DNA from: Nitrospirales bacterium
GTDB taxonomy: Bacteria > Nitrospirota > Nitrospiria > Nitrospirales > UBA8639
Assembly: GCA_965203295.1 (NCBI GenBank)
Contig: CBDBCZ010000019.1
Location: 2,080,001-2,144,000 of the forward strand
Length of the DNA stretch: 64,000 bases
Direction of reading: 5' to 3'
The number at the start of each line of letters is the position of its first letter. Position 1 is the stretch's first letter. Both the position numbers and the translations under genes were made by a program. Positions 34,658 through 43,984 of the stretch are shown piece after piece. The notes under the pieces were generated by a model. It worked only from the letters and a program-made list of their open reading frames with translations, did no database searches and was not told where the DNA came from.

Positions 34658-35677
34658 ATGCCTTGGGAACCCAAAGACCCATGGGGACGCAGTGGTCAAG
34701 ATCCCCTCGACGACGTGCTCAGAAAGGCGCAAGAGCAATGGCAACGGATGAAGCCTTCCAAGGGGATCAAGTCAATTATATTGATCGTTGTAGCTCTTCT
34801 AGCCCTTTCTCAGGCTGTGTTTAAAGTCGAACCGGATGAGCAAGGGTTGGTCAAACGATTCGGGGATGTCGTCAGAACGGTGGGGTCTGGGCCTCATCTT
34901 AAGGTGCCTTTTCTAGAGACCGTCGTCACACCAAAAGTGGAAAAATTACACCGTCTGGAAGTTGGGTTTAGGACTGACGTTCGTGGTCGAACCCGCATTG
35001 TTCCCCAGGAATCCTTAATGTTGACCGGAGATATGAATATCCTCTCAGTAGAATTCATTGTCCAATACAAAATCAATAATGCACGGGACTATTTATTCAA
35101 TGTGGCTGAAATCGAGGGCACCATCCATAAATCTGCAGAAGCCGCTATGCGGGAGGTCATAGGAAGTAGCAAGATCGATGAGGCGCTCACGGTGGGGAAA
35201 GCCCAAATTCAACAAGACACAGAAGACCTGCTTCAAAAAATTCTGGACGAATACAAGGGTGGAGTCCAAATCGCGACCATTCAATTACAGGACGTCAACC
35301 CCCCTGAGCAAGTTGCTGGAGCATTTAAGGACGTGGCGAGTGCGAAAGAAGATCGCGAAAAGCTCATTAATCAAGCCCATGGGTACCGAAACGATATTCT
35401 TCCCAAGGCCAAAGGAGAAGCTGCAGAAGCCGTCAACCAAGCCAAAGGGTACGCCCAAGCTCGAATTACAAGAGCCGAAGGTGAAGCGAGCCATTTCCTC
35501 CAGACGCTGAAAGAATATAATCAAGCGAAAGACGTCATTGGCAAACGGGTCTATATTGAGACCATGGAAGAAGTCCTCTCTAAGACAGAAAAAGTCATTT
35601 TGGACTCAAAGGCAGCAGGCAATGTCTTGCCCTACTTGCCTCTTGATAAAGTATCGAGGGGGAGGGCCAGCCAATGA
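34658..35677 (+). CDS. hflK: FtsH modulator HflK
   Basis: PWE...DPWG N-terminus, SPFH domain, AFKDVASAKED. Confidence 0.94.
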   Translation: MPWEPKDPWGRSGQDPLDDVLRKAQEQWQRMKPSKGIKSIILIVVALLALSQAVFKVEPDEQGLVKRFGDVVRTVGSGPHLKVPFLETVVTPKVEKLHRLEVGFRTDVRGRTRIVPQESLMLTGDMNILSVEFIVQYKINNARDYLFNVAEIEGTIHKSAEAAMREVIGSSKIDEALTVGKAQIQQDTEDLLQKILDEYKGGVQIATIQLQDVNPPEQVAGAFKDVASAKEDREKLINQAHGYRNDILPKAKGEAAEAVNQAKGYAQARITRAEGEASHFLQTLKEYNQAKDVIGKRVYIETMEEVLSKTEKVILDSKAAGNVLPYLPLDKVSRGRASQ

Positions 35678-36540
35678 GTAAGCAAAACCTAATCCTTGGA
35701 GTCCTGGCCGTCCTTCTTGTTCTTGTCATGCTGGGCATCTCTCCATTTTATGTCGTTGACCTCACTGAGACTGCCATTGTTGTCCAATTAGGTGATCCTG
35801 TCCGTACCGTCATCGAGCCCGGCCTCAAATTCAAAATTCCCTTTATTCAAGAGGTCACGTTTTTTGACAAACGACTCATTGACTATGACGTCCCTGCTCG
35901 GGATGTCATTACCGAAGACAAAAAGACCATCCTGATCGATAACTATGCTAAATGGCGTATCGTTGACCCCTTAGCAGTCTATAAAGCTTTCCAAACTCAG
36001 CGAGGCGCCCTGCAACGCCTTGACGATATTATTTACTCTGAGCTACGAGTTGAACTCGGACGGCATGACCTTCTAGAAATCGTCTCGGCGAACCGGCTCC
36101 TGATTATGTCCGAAGTAGCCAAACGGGCGAATAGCATAGCCGCAAAGTATGGATTAGAGGTCATCGATGTGAGAATCAAACGGGCGGATCTCCCCGAACA
36201 AAATGAAAAGGCCATCTTTGCACGAATGCAAGCTGAACGGGAACGGCAGGCGAAACAGTACCGTGCCGAAGGTGCCGAAGAAGCTCAAAAAATCCGTTCG
36301 GAGGCAGAGAAAGACAAGGAAATTATCTTAGCGGAAGCCTATAAAACGTCACAGGAGTTACGCGGGTCAGGTGATGCCAAAGCGTTTAAAGCCTATGCCA
36401 ATGCCTACCGTCAAGGGCCGAAGTTTTTTGATTTCATGCGATCCATGGATGCCTATAAAAAAACGTTTTCCGAGAAAGACATTATGGTCCTCAGTCCTGA
36501 ATCTGAGTTCCTCAAATACTTGAAGAAACGTAAAAATTAG
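35674..36540 (+). CDS. hflC: FtsH modulator HflC
   Basis: IDNYAKWRIVDP, RMQAERER, FMRSMDAY; overlaps the hflK stop. Confidence 0.94.
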   Translation: MSKQNLILGVLAVLLVLVMLGISPFYVVDLTETAIVVQLGDPVRTVIEPGLKFKIPFIQEVTFFDKRLIDYDVPARDVITEDKKTILIDNYAKWRIVDPLAVYKAFQTQRGALQRLDDIIYSELRVELGRHDLLEIVSANRLLIMSEVAKRANSIAAKYGLEVIDVRIKRADLPEQNEKAIFARMQAERERQAKQYRAEGAEEAQKIRSEAEKDKEIILAEAYKTSQELRGSGDAKAFKAYANAYRQGPKFFDFMRSMDAYKKTFSEKDIMVLSPESEFLKYLKKRKN

Positions 36541-36659
36541 GATCTTGTCATCACCCATAGACACATCGTTGTTTCAGGGAGAGTATTCTGGAAGAGGCTC
36601 TTCCATACTCTGGGTATAAACCGCACAGTTAACCGAATTTCACTCCGTAGGATATTCTT

Positions 36660-38330
36660 ATGCACAATGCTTCTAAATTGAAATCACTTTTTCAGCGACC
36701 TGGCATTATTAAAGTAGTCGGAGCGCATGACGCCTTAAGTGCAAAGTTGATTGAGCGAGCCGGTTTTGACGCGGTGTGGGGAAGTGGGTTTGGCATCTCC
36801 GCTGCTCTCAAATGTATTCCAGACGCCAGCTTTATCACCCTGACTGAGCAAGTAGGCGTGGAACGTAATATGGCTGAAGCCATCACGATTCCTATTATCG
36901 CGGACTGTGACACGGGCTACGGGAACGCGCTGAATGTAATGCGGACCGTCAACGATCATGAGCGAGCAGGGATCGCGGCCATTTGTATTGAGGATAGTGT
37001 CTTTCCCAAGCGATGCAGCTTTTATGCTGGCGTACGCCGCGAACTCGTGTCGATTGACGAACATTGTGGAAAAATCCAGGCCGCGAAGGCCTCTCAACAG
37101 GTCCCAGATTTTATGGTCATTGCCCGGACAGAAGCCCTCATCGCAGGCTGGGGAAAAGAAGAAGCCTTAAAGCGGATTCACGCCTATGTCAAGGCAGGAG
37201 CAGACGCAATCCTCATCCACTCGAAAGCTCCAACCTTTGACGAACTCCGGGAAGTAGCCCAAACCTGCGAAGGACGCATCCCCCTGGTAGCCGTACCCAC
37301 GACATATGGGGATGTGACGACCCAAGAGCTTGAAGAAGCTGGTTTCAAGATGGTCATCTTCGCGAATCAGGCCCTCCGGTCTGCCATTCGTTCCATGCGC
37401 GAGGCCTTAAATCATCTCATGGAAAAGGGCATGCCTCACGCAGTCAAGGATGAAATCGTCACTCTTGATGAGGTTTATGACTTGGTCGGTGTTCCTCAAA
37501 TGAAGGAAGATGAACGCCGGTTTCTCCCTCCAGACGGTGAACGAATTACCACGATTATCGCCGCAGCTGGTTTTGAAAAACCCCTGCTTCCTCTCATTCA
37601 GGATAAGCCGAAATGTCTTTTAGATATTAAGGGAAAAACCATTTTAGAGCGACAGGTTGGGACACTGAACGAATGTAATATCAAGGAAATCGCACTCGTT
37701 CGAGGCTACAAAAAAGAGAGCATCACGCTCCCCAACATCCGCTACTACGATAATGACCGTTATGAAGAAACCGGCGACCTCTTTTCTTTCTTTTGTGCCG
37801 AGAACGAAATGAAAGGCCGCTGCCTTCTACTATACGGTGACATCATTTTTGACACGACCCTTCTTCAAAAATTGTTAAAAAGCCCTGCGGATATCTCTCT
37901 CGTGGTAGACCTTGCTTGGCATGATCAGCAAAAGCCATTCACACATCTTCCACTCAAACCAGACCTGGTTCAAATGGAATCGCCGCCAGGGAAAAGTTAC
38001 CGGTATGTTGATTCAGGAGAAGGAAGTCGAATCATCAAAATTGGTCGTGATCTATCACATGAGGAGGCACACGGCGAATTCATTGGTTTGGTGATGTTCT
38101 CTGAACAAGGGATCAATACGTTCAAACAGATCTACAAGGACGTCAGCCCGAATGCTCGCTCAAAGAGGCTTCATGAATCGGGTCTTGTGGAGCAGGCCTC
38201 TCTCAAGGATCTTATCCAAGCACTCATCGACCAGGGCCAGAAAGTACAATGTGTTCCGACCTATAAGGGATGGATGGAGGTGGATTCGTTCGAGGATTAT
38301 CAGAAGGCTTGGGCGGATACTCAACGGTGA
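36660..38330 (+). CDS. ICL/PEP-mutase superfamily enzyme fused to a LicC/PntC-like nucleotidyltransferase
   Basis: GAHDALSA, DCDTGYG, IEDSVFPKRCS, IARTEALIAG; C-terminal DKPKCLL, YGDIIF, WMEVDSFEDY. Confidence 0.85.
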   Translation: MHNASKLKSLFQRPGIIKVVGAHDALSAKLIERAGFDAVWGSGFGISAALKCIPDASFITLTEQVGVERNMAEAITIPIIADCDTGYGNALNVMRTVNDHERAGIAAICIEDSVFPKRCSFYAGVRRELVSIDEHCGKIQAAKASQQVPDFMVIARTEALIAGWGKEEALKRIHAYVKAGADAILIHSKAPTFDELREVAQTCEGRIPLVAVPTTYGDVTTQELEEAGFKMVIFANQALRSAIRSMREALNHLMEKGMPHAVKDEIVTLDEVYDLVGVPQMKEDERRFLPPDGERITTIIAAAGFEKPLLPLIQDKPKCLLDIKGKTILERQVGTLNECNIKEIALVRGYKKESITLPNIRYYDNDRYEETGDLFSFFCAENEMKGRCLLLYGDIIFDTTLLQKLLKSPADISLVVDLAWHDQQKPFTHLPLKPDLVQMESPPGKSYRYVDSGEGSRIIKIGRDLSHEEAHGEFIGLVMFSEQGINTFKQIYKDVSPNARSKRLHESGLVEQASLKDLIQALIDQGQKVQCVPTYKGWMEVDSFEDYQKAWADTQR

Positions 38331-38427
38331 CTATCCATTCAAGGTTGCCGCAACGAAGACATCGTCATATTAGGAACAGGTAACCCACGCTCAACACCCT
38401 GCTCCGAATTCCAAATCAAAATAACCA

Positions 38428-39108
38428 ATGGCCAATGAACATCACCTCAATATCCTCCTTCAAGGTGGGGTAGAGTCCTGGAACAAATTCCGTCGGACGA
38501 ACCCCTCCGTCCTCCCTGATCTCCGTGGAGCTGACCTTTCGGGTTACGATTTCACGGGAATTGACTTCAGTAAAGCCGATCTTTCCGAGGCCGATCTCTC
38601 TGACGCGTATCTTTTTCGAGCAGATTTCACAGAAGCCACCTTACAAGGAGCCAACTTGACGGAGGCAGATCTTATCGAAGCAAACTTAATCCAAGCCGTA
38701 TTGGCCGACGCCATTTTAGTGAGAACCGATTTCAGCAGTTCCGGTCTCATTCGAGCTGACTTGTCACAAGTTGATCTTTCTGGAGGCAACTTGACCCGTA
38801 CCGCCCTTCCATGGGCAAATCTGACACAAAGCAACTTGATCAGGGCAAAACTCCATTTAGCTGACCTTCGAGAGGCCAACCTTATCGGAGCTGACCTTTC
38901 CGAAGCTTCCCTGCAGGATGCATCCTTGACCGGAACGAATTTTCAAGGAGCCATCCTGACGAGTGCCAAGGGTCTCATGATTGAGTTCTTGTCTAAAGCC
39001 AAAACCCTCTACCAAACTCAGATGGATCAGGCTCTCCAAGAACAAGTGATCAAAGACTATCCTCAATTGCTGCTACAACCCTTGCTGCTACAACCCTCAA
39101 ATTCTTAA
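38428..39108 (+). CDS. Pentapeptide repeat protein
   Basis: HLNILLQGGVESWN N-terminus then many A(D/N)Lxx repeats. Confidence 0.93.
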   Translation: MANEHHLNILLQGGVESWNKFRRTNPSVLPDLRGADLSGYDFTGIDFSKADLSEADLSDAYLFRADFTEATLQGANLTEADLIEANLIQAVLADAILVRTDFSSSGLIRADLSQVDLSGGNLTRTALPWANLTQSNLIRAKLHLADLREANLIGADLSEASLQDASLTGTNFQGAILTSAKGLMIEFLSKAKTLYQTQMDQALQEQVIKDYPQLLLQPLLLQPSNS

Positions 39109-39179
39109 ATCTCTTCTGAATGATGAAAGGGAAAGAGCATGATTTCAGAACGCTGGAAAGGGTCTAGGTCTCTGGTTAC

Positions 39180-40118
39180 TTAGGGGACGAACGACCGTCG
39201 GATCACCACGATCCGACCAATGATATCCACTGGAGGAGGCACAGGAGGGAGGACAAGGTCCACATGAGTCCCAACACCCTGCACTAGACGAATCCCTTGT
39301 GTGGTTTGCACAAAGCCCTTGGCGCGAAGCGCACCCATGGCTTGGATTTGCTGAATCAGGTCACTCGGGTCAACACCAAGTTCCGCAGAGACTTCTACAG
39401 CCTGAAAAGATTCATGCACATGAGTCTCACATTCGTCATGATTGAACATCCGTGATTTTCGAAGTCCGTCAGGGTCAGGCGGAAATAACACTTCCGTCTC
39501 GACTTCTGCATTCACGGCACGGATCACTGGGGTTCCAGGAGCTTTTTCGTTCAGATACTGTTCTAATTCACCGAGACTTTGATCAGGAACTCTATCAATC
39601 TTATTCAGAAGAAGAAGGTCAGCTGAAGAGACTTGTTGCTCAAACGTACCCGCAAGATCCCGTTTTTCAAGAAGTTGCTCGGCGTTGACCACGACAACCG
39701 CCACGCATTCTCCGACCCATTGCGAGACCGGCTCACGCCAAAAATTCATGAGTGTCTCAAAAGGAAGCGCGACTCCTGATGTTTCCACAATGACACGATC
39801 GGGGTGAACCCGCTCCCAAAGGCCCTGAAGGGTTATGAGCAACTCATCAGAGAGCTTACAACAAACACATCCCCCCTCAAGCTCGACATAGCCATTCTCC
39901 TGATCAGCCGACAGCAGCGCTTGATCAATCCCTAACTCACCAAATTCGTTGGATATGACAGCCGCACGAAGCCCTTGGCGTTGCGCTTCACTGAGCAAGT
40001 GCCGAACAAGTGTTGTCTTGCCTGCGCCTAAGAATCCGGATACGACCAGAGCTGGGATCTGCATTGGTGAACCCTCGCTCGCTTCACTCACAGAGTTGGC
40101 ATCCCTTGATGAAAGCAT
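39180..40118 (-). CDS. CobW/COG0523-family metal-chaperone GTPase (start may be 40064)
   Basis: GFLGAGKTT, NEFGE, GCVCC, ETSG, NKID. Confidence 0.92.
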   Translation of the reverse strand: MLSSRDANSVSEASEGSPMQIPALVVSGFLGAGKTTLVRHLLSEAQRQGLRAAVISNEFGELGIDQALLSADQENGYVELEGGCVCCKLSDELLITLQGLWERVHPDRVIVETSGVALPFETLMNFWREPVSQWVGECVAVVVVNAEQLLEKRDLAGTFEQQVSSADLLLLNKIDRVPDQSLGELEQYLNEKAPGTPVIRAVNAEVETEVLFPPDPDGLRKSRMFNHDECETHVHESFQAVEVSAELGVDPSDLIQQIQAMGALRAKGFVQTTQGIRLVQGVGTHVDLVLPPVPPPVDIIGRIVVIRRSFVP

Positions 40119-40214
40119 GGATTCGTAAAGGCACCGGGTTGTTATCTATTCAAAAAACAGTTCTCAATGGTACACATGAAAGAAAACAAGTTTGGAATGT
40201 GATGTAATGCAATC

Positions 40215-40994
40215 TTAATGCGGCCTAACAGGATTTTGACAATTCGTGTGCCCCGCTGGCGACCCAATCTCAAATACCAAGGTGACAGTAGCCTGAACCT
40301 GAATTTCGCCTGGGGCCATAGGAACGGCCTTGGCGGATTCAGCCATACTGAACTGAGCACCGGCTAACGCACGAGCTTGTGGATAGACCTGTCTTCCTCC
40401 CTCCTGTACCTTCATCAGCCGAATTACTGACACTCCTAAAGATTGGGTGAGGGTTGCGGCTTTATTTTTGGCTTCGTTCGCTGCCTTTTGGAGGGCCTGA
40501 AGATACACCGAATTTTTTTCGCGCAGCACCCAGTTAATTCTAGAAAAATGATTGGCTCCTGCATGTAAGGCCCCATCAACAACTTTCCCTACTGTCTCGA
40601 GTTTTCGTACTTCCACTCTGATAGAATTCTGTGCCGTATAGCCAATAATCTTGGGAGTCTGTGGTTCATCAGGAACTTGCGACCTTGGTCGAGGCCTTTG
40701 CGCATATCGTGGAGTGACGTCAAAAGATGCCGTTTGAATACGTTCTCGCTCAATACCCATCTTCAAGAGCTCGTCAAACACTCGGGTCATAGCCTTCGTA
40801 TTGTCCTGTTGAACCTGACCAAAGGATTTTCCTGCAGTCTCGACAGCCAATCTGATGATCGCCGTATCTGGTGCGATGCGTACGATCCCTTTTCCAGAAA
40901 CTGTGAGAGTCGATGAGTCCGACGGTAATTCGGCACTCCATGCCGAAAGTGACAATCCCAAAACAAGTAACAAAACAACGATGACGAGTTGCAT
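40215..40994 (-). CDS. SIMPL (DUF541) domain exported protein
   Basis: Signal peptide; TLTVSGKG...PD, IQT, GY...N, AGAN; ATG 40994 with GGAGGG RBS. Confidence 0.88.
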   Translation of the reverse strand: MQLVIVVLLLVLGLSLSAWSAELPSDSSTLTVSGKGIVRIAPDTAIIRLAVETAGKSFGQVQQDNTKAMTRVFDELLKMGIERERIQTASFDVTPRYAQRPRPRSQVPDEPQTPKIIGYTAQNSIRVEVRKLETVGKVVDGALHAGANHFSRINWVLREKNSVYLQALQKAANEAKNKAATLTQSLGVSVIRLMKVQEGGRQVYPQARALAGAQFSMAESAKAVPMAPGEIQVQATVTLVFEIGSPAGHTNCQNPVRPH

Positions 40995-41093
40995 AGTTCC
41001 CTCCATCTCAAAATGATGTGCTGATCGATTGTCGAACACCGGTCATGCTTTCATGATTGACAAAGATCAGCCAATTTCCCCACAATAGTTTAA

Positions 41094-41279
41094 ATGGATA
41101 CTTCTTCAGAACCTCACACCCAAGACTCGCCAACGGAGGCGAGTATTCCTGACCGGCTGTGCACGTGGTGTAAAATTTCTATGATGAAACGGATTGTGGG
41201 TGAGGGTCGATTTATTCACTACACCTGCCCAAAATGTATCTTTCAACATACTGCGAAAACAGCGCTTCAAGCAGAGTAG
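41094..41279 (+). CDS. Small putative Zn-ribbon protein
   Basis: 61 aa, CTWC...CPKC; fills the gap between real genes. Confidence 0.6.
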   Translation: MDTSSEPHTQDSPTEASIPDRLCTWCKISMMKRIVGEGRFIHYTCPKCIFQHTAKTALQAE

Positions 41280-41342
41280 GTTCCTTCCTTTAAAAAAATT
41301 CTTTTCTCATAGACATGGATCTATGTGAGATGTCTTCGTTTT

Positions 41343-42572
41343 CTAAAACAAGTTCGACACGATTTTTGTTCCTCCGACCCACGTTCCTATGATACTGCCG
41401 ATTGTGGGGAAGAGAAAGGCTAAGAAAATTCTGAGAAGGCGGCTCTGCCACCACTGTTTCGGGATAGCAATATCTTCCGCCACCGTTTGAAATTCCCTCA
41501 CAACGGGTGGTTGGACATAGGCCTGAACAAAAGCCGTGACATAGCCCGCTCCGATGACAGGGGTCAAACTCGTAAATGGGGCAGCTACAAAAGCGGAAAG
41601 GATGGTCAAGGGATGTGCCAACGCAAAAAGGGCGCCAATCGCACTGGGTATCCCATTTGCTAGAACCCAAAAAAGCGCATTTTCTCCAGCCGCTAGTGCA
41701 CCCTTTTGATACCCTATGAAAGCAATAGACCCTAAGATAATGGCTGGGATACTCCATCCAACGCATTTCCAGACTGGTGAGACTGATGGAATAAACTCAA
41801 GGCTTTCCAAGTCCACCGTCTGATTGTTGTTGAGAATTTCCTTAATTCCCTCCACATGGCCAGCTCCCACGACTGCCACAACACGAGATCCATCTGCCTG
41901 GAGAATTTTTTGAGCGAGGTACTGATCACGTTCATCGATCAAGGCCGTTTTTAAGGTCGGCACTTCTACGCCGAGATCTTTCATCATGTCAGATAAAACA
42001 TCTTGCTTTTTGAGATCCAAGAGCGTCTCTTCCGAGACTTGTGTCGTGTCGAACACACTGAGCAACAGTGATGAAACAAGCACACTTTTTTTTAGGAACG
42101 GGGTTGAACGCCAAGCACGACGCATGGTTACACGTACGTCCCGATCGCATAAAGAAATCGGAATATCGTGTTTCTTGGAGATCGAAATGGCCTCCAGCAT
42201 TTCCATCCCGGGCAACACCCCTAATTGTTCACCGAGACGTTTTTGATAGGAAGCCAGAAGAAGATTGGCTAGAAGGGTGCTTAACTGTTTTTTTCGAATG
42301 ATGGCTTTCAGATCTAACGATTCCCATTTATGTTGCTGAGAAAGGGCTTCAAATCTCCTTGGATCGAGTTCAACGCAGACTCTTTCTGGACGTTCCTCTT
42401 CTATAACCGTCCGAACTAATTCCACCGATTCGCGAGAGATATGAACAGTGCCGACAAGGATGACAACTTTACCCGGCACCTCTATGACATGAACATCTGA
42501 AGAACAATCACGAATTGGAAGGCAATCGGAAGCAGAGGAAGTGTGCGGAAGCTCAGTATCGGGACAGTCCAT
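41343..42572 (-). CDS. TraB/PrgY-family protein with C-terminal membrane region
   Basis: LVGTVHIS, VCVELD, PGMEM, LIDERD, VVGAGH. Confidence 0.92.
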   Translation of the reverse strand: MDCPDTELPHTSSASDCLPIRDCSSDVHVIEVPGKVVILVGTVHISRESVELVRTVIEEERPERVCVELDPRRFEALSQQHKWESLDLKAIIRKKQLSTLLANLLLASYQKRLGEQLGVLPGMEMLEAISISKKHDIPISLCDRDVRVTMRRAWRSTPFLKKSVLVSSLLLSVFDTTQVSEETLLDLKKQDVLSDMMKDLGVEVPTLKTALIDERDQYLAQKILQADGSRVVAVVGAGHVEGIKEILNNNQTVDLESLEFIPSVSPVWKCVGWSIPAIILGSIAFIGYQKGALAAGENALFWVLANGIPSAIGALFALAHPLTILSAFVAAPFTSLTPVIGAGYVTAFVQAYVQPPVVREFQTVAEDIAIPKQWWQSRLLRIFLAFLFPTIGSIIGTWVGGTKIVSNLF

Positions 42573-42733
42573 ATTTATACCATGTCACAAAAAATTAACG
42601 TCTTGTCAAGATTGCGAAGCTACCCCTTTTCGTCAAAATGACATGGTAATCTTTGGACCTGAACGACTTGCATTTCATTATAGCAGACGGCAGAGAAGTT
42701 TGATGGAATCTCAATGACCGCCATCTTGGCACT

Positions 42734-43121
42734 CTAGCAGGATGTTGAAAAATTCCACCAGCGGCGTTCTCGGTCCTTTGTTGTGCTCACTTATTCCCAT
42801 GTACGCTCCGCGCGCCAAAGGTCTTGTGCGGCCTTGCATGCCAAGAGAAGTCTTTCCTCTTGGCGTAGGGGACGGTCGAAGGGAGTATTCCCCCTTCGAG
42901 GGGTCACAGGCCCAAGAGACTTGGCCGTCCTAGGAGCAGCGCCCCTGGGAAAGCAAGGAGAGAAGCTTGGCGAATCTCCTTGCTGGACCTGGCTCCACCG
43001 ATGCGGCTTCGCGCAGGCGAGCGGGTCTTTTTGAACAGCCTGCACCGCTTTTGATGATGATCGGACATTCTTCAGCAAACCAAGATTTTGGGAAGTGTTG
43101 AGTTTTTCAACACCCTGCTAG
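42734..43121. mobile_element. MITE-like non-autonomous element (388 bp including CTAG ends)
   Basis: CTAGCAGGATGTTGAAAAA ... TTTTTCAACACCCTGCTAG, an 18/19 inverted match; no credible ORF; internal hairpins. Confidence 0.8.
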
Positions 43122-43275
43122 AAGCTAAAAAAGCACCACACTAGCGAAGAAGGTAATGGGAACAGAGCTTGCATTTTGATAAAGTAGAGAGATCTTGATT
43201 TCAGGAAAGGGTCGTAATAGCATACTGATACGGCAAATTTAGTCTCGATTTCGTCGTATCCTAAAAAGTAGGATC

Positions 43276-43473
43276 GTGAGCATGGGAACCCACCAAGTTG
43301 CCAGCAGAATCTGGATCTGGTTTTATCAAGATGGGACCCATTGGAAAATCGCCAAGACTGAAGAGGGATTTTGGTATTGTCCCATTGGTCCTGGAGGGAA
43401 GCGACTTGGACCCTGGGAACCCGGATTTCCACCAGGTCTCGATAATCTTCCTCAGTGGCTCAAATATGCCTAA
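43276..43473 (+). CDS. Small Trp/Gly/Pro-rich hypothetical protein
   Basis: 65 aa ORF filling an intergenic gap, AGGA upstream; no family recognised. Confidence 0.4.
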   Translation: MSMGTHQVASRIWIWFYQDGTHWKIAKTEEGFWYCPIGPGGKRLGPWEPGFPPGLDNLPQWLKYA

Positions 43474-43596
43474 ACCAGTCAGTAGTCAAAGAGCCCTTTT
43501 GTTTCTCGCATTCTTCTTTTCTTCATCTCTTCATCCTAAAAAAGTACCCACAGTCGTTGTTTTGCATCCTTCTTGATTCGCTGATCGGGTGATCAA

Positions 43597-43908
43597 TTAC
43601 AGATCATAAAAATAGTTGACATTGTCGCCGCCCCATGGCTTGACCTTGCCTTCGATGACCTTGTCCTTCTTGCAGTAAACCCACACCGTGACTTCTGACA
43701 GCCTGGTTAAATCCTTCATCATTCCCATCAGCGTTAAGATAATTTTTCGCCCGCGTTCCCTATCGAGCGCCAAACGATTGTACATATTCTCTGTCACATG
43801 AATCTGGAGCAGTTCTCCTTTCACAATCACCTGTTCCACTTCGGGGTTGTTACCCATTTGTCGCTGTATTGTCTCGGCAATGGAACTATCGCTTTTCTTT
43901 TCACCCAT
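43597..43908 (-). CDS. Hypothetical protein
   Basis: 103 aa, AAGGAAG upstream, normal composition. Confidence 0.7.
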   Translation of the reverse strand: MGEKKSDSSIAETIQRQMGNNPEVEQVIVKGELLQIHVTENMYNRLALDRERGRKIILTLMGMMKDLTRLSEVTVWVYCKKDKVIEGKVKPWGGDNVNYFYDL

Positions 43909-43984
43909 ATGTTGTCACTTCCTTTTCATCTCTACCTTGTTCAGCAATAAGAAAACTATTTTCCCTTGACACCACCTACCACGC

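Noticed and set aside
36580..36611. Hairpin between hflC and the PEP-mutase-like gene as a terminator
   Set aside because: The stem is real (TGGAAGAG/CTCTTCCA) but has no U-tract, so no function can be assigned.
36660..38330. Assigning pepM and phosphonate biosynthesis outright
   Set aside because: The diagnostic EDKxxxxxNS motif is absent and no downstream pathway genes are adjacent.
42742..43078. Three short ORFs inside the MITE
   Set aside because: No transposase motifs; chance frames in GC-rich palindromic DNA.
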